This document shows, piece after piece, positions 25,429-31,906 of a stretch of DNA of 31,906 nucleotides. The stretch spans positions 1-31,906 of the forward strand of contig JBFWQJ010000001.1 in NCBI GenBank assembly GCA_050249515.1. Reading direction: 5' to 3'. Each line of letters opens with the position of its first letter. The stretch's first letter is position 1. Source of the DNA: Dehalococcoidia bacterium. Lineage in GTDB: Bacteria; Chloroflexota; Dehalococcoidia; UBA2979. The position numbers were made by a program, and so were the translations under genes. The notes under the pieces were generated by a model. That model did no database searches. It worked only from the letters and a program-made list of their open reading frames with translations, and had not been told where the DNA came from.

Positions 25429-27168
25429 CTACGGCGTCACCGTCTCCCCGCTCGGCTCCGGGAGCGCCTCGACGGGCGTCGAGGGCGTCGCGTCCGCCTC
25501 CGAGCGGCGGCGCAGGCGGCTGCCGAGCGCGCCCGCGCGGTCGCGCATCTCGCCCATCGCCACCTCGAGGGCCTCGGCGATGCCGTGCAGCACCACCTGG
25601 TGTCCGGGCGGGCTGGGCGGCAGGCCGATCGAGCGGATGCGCTGGTCGCGGCGCTCACGGCGGGCGTTGCCGCGCCCGCGCATCGCCTCCGTCAGCGCGC
25701 GACGCAGGGCCGGGCGGAGGAGGCGGATCGCCCCCTCCGGGTCGGCGTGCGCGCCGCCCGCGGGCTCCGCGACGACGGTGTCGATCGCGCCGAGCGCGAG
25801 CAGGTCCGCGGCCGCGACGCCGAGCGCCTCCGCCACCTCGGGCGCACGCGCCCGGTCGCGGAAGAGGATCGCCGCGGCGCCCTCCGGCGACGTGACGGAG
25901 TACATCGCGTTCTGCTGCATGAGGATGCGATCGGCGACGGTCAGCGCCAGCGCCCCGCCCGATCCGCCCTCGCCGATGACGACGGAGACGGCGGGCGTGG
26001 TGAGCGACGCCATGGTCGTGAGGCAGTCCGAGATCGAGACGGCGAGGCCGGCCGCCTCGTCGGCGATGCCGTCGTGCGCGCCGGGGGTGTCCACGAAGGT
26101 GACCAGCGGCAGCTTCAGCCGCTCCGCCAGTTGCATCAGCCGCCGCGCCTTGCGGTAGCCCGCCGGGGCGACGCGGCCGTCGTGCCGGGTGCCCTCCAGC
26201 GCCAGGTCGCCACGCTCCTGCCCGATCACCACCACGTTCGTGTCGCCGAGGCGCGCAAGGCCGCCGATCAGGGCGGGGTCATCGATACCGCTGCGGTCGC
26301 CGTGCAGCGGGAAGTAGTCCGACGTCAGGCCGCGGATGTACGCGAGCGCGCGCGGGCGCTCCGGGTGCCGGGCGCGCTGCACCACCACCCAGCCGCGCTC
26401 CAGCCCTCGCGGCTGCACGACGGGCGGCAGCAGGTCGAGGTCCGCGGCGGGCGTCTGCCGCACCAGCGAGACGAGCGTGATCAGCGAGTCGCGGATCGAC
26501 TCGCGCGCGCAGACGGCGTCCACGTGGCCCAGCGCCAGCAGGTCCTCCGCGTACAGCGACTCGCGCTCCTCGTCGGCGTCGTGCACGGCGCGCACGCGCG
26601 GCCCCGCGAAGCCGATGAGCGCCCCGCGCTCCGCGAGGACGACGTCCGCCTGCGTTGCGTAGGAAGCGAAGACGCCGCCGGTCGTCGGGTGCGCCAGCAC
26701 GGAGATCATCGGGATGCCGGCCTCGTGCAGGCGGGCGGCGGCGGCGGCGGTCTTCGACATCTGGAGCAGGGCGACCATGCCCTCCTGCATGCGGGCGCCG
26801 CCCGAGCAGGTCACGGCCACGAACGGCACCTTCGCGCCGGCCGCGCGGTCCATCGCGCCGGCGATGCGCTCGCCGACGGCGAAGCCCATCGAGCCGCCGA
26901 TGAAGCGGAAGTCGCTGATCGCGGCGACCACCCGCATCCCGCCGATCGTGGCGATGCCGGTGACCACGGCCTCCTGCCCCCCGCTCGCGCGACGCGCCTC
27001 CTCCAGGCGCTCCGGGTACGTCTTCGCGTCCTCGAAGTGCAGAGGGTCGGGCGTGGGGACGCCCGTGAACGCCTCGTCGAACGAGCCCTCATCGAAGAGC
27101 AGCTCGATCCACTCGCGCGCGGAGAGCGCCGGGGGTGGTTCGTTCGAGGTGGCCGGCGAGTTCGTCAT
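25429..27168 (-). CDS. accD: Fused acetyl-CoA carboxylase carboxyltransferase beta/alpha (AccD-AccA)
   Basis: AccD part: FIGGSMG..VGE, SGGARMQEG..AL.QM.K, PTTGGV.ASY, GFAGPRV. AccA part: ARHPERP, GDR...DD.A, GYRKA.RLM.LAE, VDTPGA, SPEGAAAIL. TACAAT -10 is 6 nt before ATG. Confidence 0.92.
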   Translation of the reverse strand: MTNSPATSNEPPPALSAREWIELLFDEGSFDEAFTGVPTPDPLHFEDAKTYPERLEEARRASGGQEAVVTGIATIGGMRVVAAISDFRFIGGSMGFAVGERIAGAMDRAAGAKVPFVAVTCSGGARMQEGMVALLQMSKTAAAAARLHEAGIPMISVLAHPTTGGVFASYATQADVVLAERGALIGFAGPRVRAVHDADEERESLYAEDLLALGHVDAVCARESIRDSLITLVSLVRQTPAADLDLLPPVVQPRGLERGWVVVQRARHPERPRALAYIRGLTSDYFPLHGDRSGIDDPALIGGLARLGDTNVVVIGQERGDLALEGTRHDGRVAPAGYRKARRLMQLAERLKLPLVTFVDTPGAHDGIADEAAGLAVSISDCLTTMASLTTPAVSVVIGEGGSGGALALTVADRILMQQNAMYSVTSPEGAAAILFRDRARAPEVAEALGVAAADLLALGAIDTVVAEPAGGAHADPEGAIRLLRPALRRALTEAMRGRGNARRERRDQRIRSIGLPPSPPGHQVVLHGIAEALEVAMGEMRDRAGALGSRLRRRSEADATPSTPVEALPEPSGETVTP

Positions 27169-27271
27169 GCGGCCATTGTAGGCAGCCGCCGCCACGCACC
27201 TGTTACGGAGTTGTACCGATTTCGCGCGGGACGGCCGGTCCCGCACCTCGGCATACCTGTGTCCGCGGGGG

Positions 27272-28165
27272 CTATTCCTCGTTCGCGGTGCGCGCCGGCG
27301 GGGCGGGGAGCAGGAAGTCGCGCATCAGCGCCAGCGTACGGTCGAACTGGTCGTGGTGGAGCCAGTGCGCCGCGTCCGGCAGCGTCTCCGTGCGCGCGTC
27401 GCGGAAGAACGACTCCACCGGCTCGCCGTGGAAGAGGCCGCGCCCCAGCGCCGACTCCGCGCCGATGAGGTGCAGCACGGGGCACTCGATGCGGTCCCAG
27501 ACGCCCATGATCTCGCTGTGACGGATCTCCGTGGGCGGCCGGTTCAGCGCCATCGGGTCGTACTTCCACACGTAGCCGCCATCGATCGGGCGCGCCGCCC
27601 ACCGCGCCAGGTGCTCCGCCATGGGGCGCGTGAGGCGCTTGTTCGCCTCCATCACCCGCTCGATGCACGCCTCGAACGTCGGGTAGACGCGCGGCTCGCG
27701 GCGCTCGTTGCCGCGTGCGCGGTCGACCCACTTGTGCAGCCATTCGCCGTCGATCGTCTTCGCGGACGGCTCGTGCATCATCGCCCCCGCACCCTCCACC
27801 GCGACGATGCGCTCGAAGCGGTCGGGGTACGTCCCCGCGGCGATCAGCGTGGCGGCCCCGCCGAGCGAGTGCGCGACCACGGTGGCGCGCCCGCCGACGA
27901 GGTCGATCAGCGAGAGGATGTCCGGCACGAAGTCCAGCAGCCCGTACGAGGAGCCCTTCGCCCACTCCGAGTCACCGTGGCCGCGCAGGTCGGGCGCGAT
28001 CACCCGGTAGTCGTCCGCGAACGCCTCCGCGTAGCGGTCCCAGGAACGGGAGTGGTCGCGGAAGCCGTGCACGAAGATCAGCGGCGGCTTCTCCGCGGTG
28101 CCCCACACCCAGTAGGACAGGCGCAGGCGCTGCGACTGGTAGAAGTGCTGCCACGGCTCGGTCAC
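27272..28165 (-). CDS. Alpha/beta fold hydrolase
   Basis: IFVHGFRDH..SW, APDLRGHGDS, nucleophile VAHSLGG, C-terminal AAHWLHHD. Confidence 0.9.
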   Translation of the reverse strand: MTEPWQHFYQSQRLRLSYWVWGTAEKPPLIFVHGFRDHSRSWDRYAEAFADDYRVIAPDLRGHGDSEWAKGSSYGLLDFVPDILSLIDLVGGRATVVAHSLGGAATLIAAGTYPDRFERIVAVEGAGAMMHEPSAKTIDGEWLHKWVDRARGNERREPRVYPTFEACIERVMEANKRLTRPMAEHLARWAARPIDGGYVWKYDPMALNRPPTEIRHSEIMGVWDRIECPVLHLIGAESALGRGLFHGEPVESFFRDARTETLPDAAHWLHHDQFDRTLALMRDFLLPAPPARTANEE

Positions 28166-28268
28166 GCTCGACCCCCATCGTTCGCGCCTCGCGGGCGGCG
28201 AGGACGCAGGGCGCGAGGGTACACGGCGCGCGCCCTGCGCCCCATGAGCATGCTGATGCCGCGCTGCG

Positions 28269-29162
28269 CTACGAGCGCACGTCCGGGAGGATCGAGGCGA
28301 TCTGCTCCATGGCGTTGGTGAGCAGCTTGATGTCGCCGGACTGGAGTGCCACCACGGCGTGGTGCACCCCGGCGTCGCGGTAGCCGCTCAGCACCGTGCG
28401 CATCGCGTCCGGGTCGTCGCCCCAGATCGTGGTGGTGTGCGCGGAGTCGCCGCCGGACTCGCCGCGCACGCCCGCCTGGAGCAGCACGTTCATCGTCAGG
28501 GCCGAGGCGTCCCGGCCCGCCTCGGCGGCGACCTCGCGCACTTCCGCGGCCAGCTCGGCGTAGGTCTCGGGCTTCATCCCGTTCGGCAGCCAGCCGTCGC
28601 CGTGCAGCGCCGCGCGCTTCCGCGCGCCCTCCGAGGCGCCACCCACCCAGATCGGGAGCGGCGACTGCAGGGGCCCCGGGTAGAACCCGACGTCCTTGAT
28701 GTCGAAGCGCGCGCTCTTGAACGTCGGCTGCCCCGTCCACAGCTCGCGCATCAGCCGGATCGCTTCCGTCGTGCGCGCGCCGCGCTCCTTCATCGGCACG
28801 CCGAGGGCCTCGAACTCCGGCGCGAGGGCGCCGACGCCCACGCCCGCAATCACGCGCCCGCCGGACAGGTGGTCCAGCGTCGCGTAGTACTTCGCCATCT
28901 CGATCGGGTCGTGGTACGGCAGCACGAGCACCCCCGTGCCGAGCGCCACGCGCGAGGTGGTGGCGGAGAGGTGTGAGAGCACGGAGAGCGGGTGCCAGTA
29001 GGGCCGGGTGCCCAGCCGCTCCGTCACGAATCCCGCGTGGAACAGGTGGTCCATCACCCACACGGAGTCGAAACCGAGGCGTTCCGCGAGCGGGCCCATG
29101 GCCAGCATCTCGCGGGCGTCCTCCACGCCCCACATGTTCGGCACCGTCACGCCGACCTTCAT
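28269..29162 (-). CDS. Luciferase-like (LLM) probable F420-dependent oxidoreductase
   Basis: AERLGFDSVWVMDH, TSRVALGTGVLVLPYHDP..MAK..ATLDHLSGGR...GVGVG, PIWVGG.S..A.KRAA..GDGW.P. Confidence 0.9.
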   Translation of the reverse strand: MKVGVTVPNMWGVEDAREMLAMGPLAERLGFDSVWVMDHLFHAGFVTERLGTRPYWHPLSVLSHLSATTSRVALGTGVLVLPYHDPIEMAKYYATLDHLSGGRVIAGVGVGALAPEFEALGVPMKERGARTTEAIRLMRELWTGQPTFKSARFDIKDVGFYPGPLQSPLPIWVGGASEGARKRAALHGDGWLPNGMKPETYAELAAEVREVAAEAGRDASALTMNVLLQAGVRGESGGDSAHTTTIWGDDPDAMRTVLSGYRDAGVHHAVVALQSGDIKLLTNAMEQIASILPDVRS

Positions 29163-29278
29163 CGCATCCCCCTCGTCCCCGCCGCCGTGGCGCGCTCTGT
29201 GATCTCGTTCACCCGGTCGCGGGCATCGTACCCTGCCCGCCCTTGCCCTCGCGGGCGGGCGTCCCTACCGTCCGAGCC

Positions 29279-30919
29279 ATGAGTGACGACGACGCCCGCG
29301 ACGCCCAGACCGACACCCAGACCGACGCACTGCCCGCCTACGTCCGAGGCCTGCTGGAGCCTCGCGCCTACCCGACCCCACCGGCCGAGGTGACGCTGGT
29401 CCAGACCCACATCTCGTACGTCTTCCTCGCCGGCGACGTCGTCTACAAGACGAAGAAGCCGGTCGACTTCGGGTTCATCGAACAACTGTCGGTGGAGACG
29501 CGCCACAAGTATTGCGATGCCGAGGTGCGCCTGAACCGCCGCCTCGCCCCGGACGTCTACCTCGGCGTGGTCCCGGTCGTCCAGCGCGCGGACGGGACGT
29601 TCGCCGTGGAGCCGGCGGACGGCGCCGGGGAGGTGGTGGAGTGGGCGGTGAAGATGCGCCGCCTGCCCGAGGACGCGACGCTCGACCGGCTGCTGACGGA
29701 GCGCCGCGAGCCGGTCGACATCCTGGAGCGGCTGGTGGGCGCCGTCGTCCCGTTCCACGAGCAGGCCGAGGTCGTCGCGAACGACCCCGGCTTCGCCGGC
29801 GCCGTGGCGGAGCGCGCGTGGTGGACACGCGAGTTCAGCGAGGCGGAGGGCTTCATCGGCTCCACTTGGACGCCGGAGGACGCCGCCGCGACGAAGGCGT
29901 TCGTGGACGCGACGATCGAGCGCGAGTCCGCGCTCTTCGACGAGCGGCTCGCCGAGGGGCGGATCATCGACGGCCACGGCGACATGCAGGCGAAGCACGT
30001 GTACGTGCTGGGGCCGGAGCCGAAAGACCTGGTCGTCGTCGACTGCGTGGAGTTCACGGACTGGTTCCAGCTCCGCTACGCGGACGTGAACAACGACGTC
30101 GCGTTCCTCGCCATGGACCTCGAGGCGCGCGGGCGGCCGGAGATGGGCGACGAGTTCGCCGGGCGCTACCTGGCCGCCACCGCGGACGAGACGCTGGGCG
30201 TGCTGCAGCCCCTGCACCGCACCTTCCGCGCCTTCGTGCGCGGCAAGGTGGAGTCGATTGGCGCACACGCGATGGAGATCCCCGCCGAGGTGCGCGCGGG
30301 CCTCGCCGCCTCCGCCGCCGCGTACTTCCGACTGGCGGCCGACTACCGGACGCGCGTCGCCGCGCCGTCGCTCGTGGTGATGTGCGGCGCCTCCGGCACC
30401 GGCAAGTCGCTGGTCGGCGCGACGCTCGCGACGCGCATCGGCGCGGCCTACGTCTCCTCGGACGCCGTCCGCAAGCAGCTCGCCGGCATCCCGATCCACG
30501 CGAGCGGGGCCGAGGCCTTCCGCGAGGGCATGTACGCCCCGGAGATGACCGCCCGCGTCTACGAGGAGATGGAGAAGCGCGCCGCGCACCACCTCGCCCT
30601 CGGGCGGCCGGTCGTCCTCGACGCGACGCACGCGCAGGCCGCGCAGCGCCGCGCCGCGCTGGAGGTCGCCCGCACCGCCGGCGTCCCGGCCGTGATCGTG
30701 GAACTGCGCCTCACGGACGACGCCGCGCTCGCGCGCATCGTGAACCGCGAGCGTGACCCGCACCGCACCTCGGACGCCACGGCGGAGGTGTACCGGCGGC
30801 AGGTGGAGGCGTTCGAGCCGGTCTCCGCGGCGGAGGGCCCCCGGCTCGCCCTCGACGCCTCGCAGCCGCCCGCGTCGCTGGCGTGGGAGATCGCGGACGC
30901 GCTGCCGAAGCGCGGGTAG
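29279..30919 (+). CDS. Bifunctional APH-like kinase / AAA_33 P-loop protein (Rv2004c-like)
   Basis: QTHISYVFL.G..VYK.KKPV.FGF, DGHGDM, DCVEF...R..DV..DVAFLAMDL, then P-loop CGASGTGKS...SSDAVRK. TACCGT -10 is 7 nt before ATG. Confidence 0.9.
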   Translation: MSDDDARDAQTDTQTDALPAYVRGLLEPRAYPTPPAEVTLVQTHISYVFLAGDVVYKTKKPVDFGFIEQLSVETRHKYCDAEVRLNRRLAPDVYLGVVPVVQRADGTFAVEPADGAGEVVEWAVKMRRLPEDATLDRLLTERREPVDILERLVGAVVPFHEQAEVVANDPGFAGAVAERAWWTREFSEAEGFIGSTWTPEDAAATKAFVDATIERESALFDERLAEGRIIDGHGDMQAKHVYVLGPEPKDLVVVDCVEFTDWFQLRYADVNNDVAFLAMDLEARGRPEMGDEFAGRYLAATADETLGVLQPLHRTFRAFVRGKVESIGAHAMEIPAEVRAGLAASAAAYFRLAADYRTRVAAPSLVVMCGASGTGKSLVGATLATRIGAAYVSSDAVRKQLAGIPIHASGAEAFREGMYAPEMTARVYEEMEKRAAHHLALGRPVVLDATHAQAAQRRAALEVARTAGVPAVIVELRLTDDAALARIVNRERDPHRTSDATAEVYRRQVEAFEPVSAAEGPRLALDASQPPASLAWEIADALPKRG

Positions 30920-31066
30920 ACCAGACCCCGGCAAACCGCGCGGCGGGCCGAAACGTCCCGCCGGTCGGGGGACTTGCGCCGTGTCCAGCGCGGCGCGGAC
31001 GGCGCATGCTGTCCACGAATGGTCCGGCGCGCGGTCTGCGCGTCCGAGGCCGGACGGAGGTGTGCC

Positions 31067-31300
31067 GTGGAGATGCTGAAGTGGATGTGGCGGGGGCTCC
31101 TGACCCGCATCGGGATCATGACGCAGCAGATCCCCCCGCCCCCGCACCGGCGTGACCCCGAGGTCTCGAAGCACTTCCAGGTCGAGCCGGTCGAGGAGCA
31201 GGACCTGCCGCCGACGGAGGCTGCGGGCGACGACCCGAAGCAGCAGCCGCAGGCCCACCCCCATCCCGCGGAGCGCCGCGGCTCGATGCAGAACGGCTGA
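31067..31300 (+). CDS. Small hypothetical protein (77 aa)
   Basis: Strong GGAGGTG RBS before GTG 31067. MEMLKWMWRGLLTRIGIMTQQIPPPP... followed by a polar tail. Host-like codon use. Confidence 0.6.
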   Translation: MEMLKWMWRGLLTRIGIMTQQIPPPPHRRDPEVSKHFQVEPVEEQDLPPTEAAGDDPKQQPQAHPHPAERRGSMQNG

Positions 31301-31361
31301 TCGGGCCCCCTCGCCGGCCCCGGGGGTGGACGGCGTCCGGGCGGGGTAGCACCATCGCGAG

Positions 31362-31906
31362 GTGAGCAACCCACCGCGCCCACAAGACGGTGCCGCATCC
31401 GCCTGGCGCTGGGCCATCCCCGCGCTACTCCTGCTCGTCCCCGCGTTCGGCTGGCCGCTCTTCGTCCTCGGCACGTTCGCCCTCGACGCCGGCGCGGTGA
31501 CCGAGGTCGTGCGGGAGCCGGCGATCTGGCAGCGGCTGGGCGTGAGCACCGGGCAGGCACTGCTGTCCACGGCGCTGTCACTCGCCCTCGGCCTGCCGGT
31601 CGCGTGGATGCTCTCGCAGTTCCGCTTCCCCGGGCACGCGGCCGTGCGTCTGCTGGTCCTGCTGCCGGTGGTGCTGCCGACGATCGTCGTCGCGCTGGCG
31701 GTGCAGCAGCTCCTGGGCCCGGCCGGCTGGCTGAACGCCGCGCTCGACCGGCTCGACCGCGTCCCGGTGCAGGCCGTCGGGACGCTCTGGGCGATCCTCG
31801 CGGCGCACGCGATCTTCGGCGTCGCGATCGTCGCGTGGGTCGTCACCGGCGCGTGGGCGCGTCTCGACCGCCGCCAGGTCGAGGCAGCCCGGATGCTGGG
31901 CGCGAC
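31362..31906 (+). CDS. ABC transporter permease, ThiP/FbpB type, 3'-truncated by the window edge
   Basis: Open frame from GTG 31362 to the window end (absent from the ORF track): LGLPVAWMLSQFRFPG...LLPVVLPTIVVA...ILAAHA...EAARMLGA (EAA loop). Confidence 0.85.
   Translation, partial: MSNPPRPQDGAASAWRWAIPALLLLVPAFGWPLFVLGTFALDAGAVTEVVREPAIWQRLGVSTGQALLSTALSLALGLPVAWMLSQFRFPGHAAVRLLVLLPVVLPTIVVALAVQQLLGPAGWLNAALDRLDRVPVQAVGTLWAILAAHAIFGVAIVAWVVTGAWARLDRRQVEAARMLGA

Noticed and set aside
30930-30975. c-di-GMP-I riboswitch resemblance (GGCAAACC...GAAA)
   Set aside because: It lacks the GGACGCAAAGC junction and the P3 elements.
31301-31361. TPP riboswitch ahead of the ThiP-like permease
   Set aside because: No CTGAGA or other TPP core motifs in the 61-bp gap, so the substrate (thiamine versus iron) is left unassigned.
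1443-31846. Many long alternative-frame ORFs (e.g. 1443-3464, 4744-6597, 12738-14702, 15622-17739, 29159-31846)
   Set aside because: They are Arg/Ala/Gly/Pro-rich shadows of real genes, expected where stop codons are rare at high GC, and show no family motifs. Only the 3' parts of some are real genes (ubiE, holin-family, kinase, 58-aa ORF).
1-31906. CRISPR arrays, tRNA/rRNA genes, transposases
   Set aside because: No regularly spaced repeats, cloverleaf or rRNA signatures, or DDE/HUH/tyrosine-recombinase ORFs were recognised by eye.

Overview
A very GC-rich bacterial chromosomal segment with about 30 tightly packed, mostly housekeeping or metabolic genes. The gene mix (F420-type LLM oxidoreductase, 4-TM holin-family protein, AccD-AccA fusion, many leaderless TAnnnT promoters) suggests Chloroflexota, probably Dehalococcoidia-like; this is inference. 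Contents: TrkA-domain protein (partial), tandem VOC protein, DAG-kinase-family protein, recF, a response regulator / Pro-rich coiled-coil protein / histidine kinase cluster, Gfo/Idh/MocA oxidoreductase, a yybP-ykoY (Mn2+) riboswitch ahead of a TMEM165/GDT1 exporter, enoyl-CoA hydratase, an NAD-linked formate dehydrogenase operon (NuoE-like, NuoF-like, 58-aa orphan, FdhF-type alpha), MOSC protein, ubiE/menG, group II truncated haemoglobin, purU, MFS transporter, DEAD-box helicase, tandem SnoaL protein, accD-accA, alpha/beta hydrolase, LLM oxidoreductase, APH-like/AAA_33 kinase and a partial ABC permease. No rRNA, tRNA, CRISPR array, integrase or transposase was seen. Signals missed by the ORF track: (1) a 475-bp mini-island inserted into the 3' end of the FDH alpha gene, bounded by two synonymously diverged copies of its last 15 codons and carrying an orphan Cys-rich lipoprotein-like gene; (2) a split ORF that reads as one UGA-recoded selenoprotein (UxxC redoxin fused to an nDsbD-like domain); (3) a DEAD-box helicase with a ~460-aa RNase E-scaffold-like N-terminus, preceded by a coupled leaderless 31-aa uORF.
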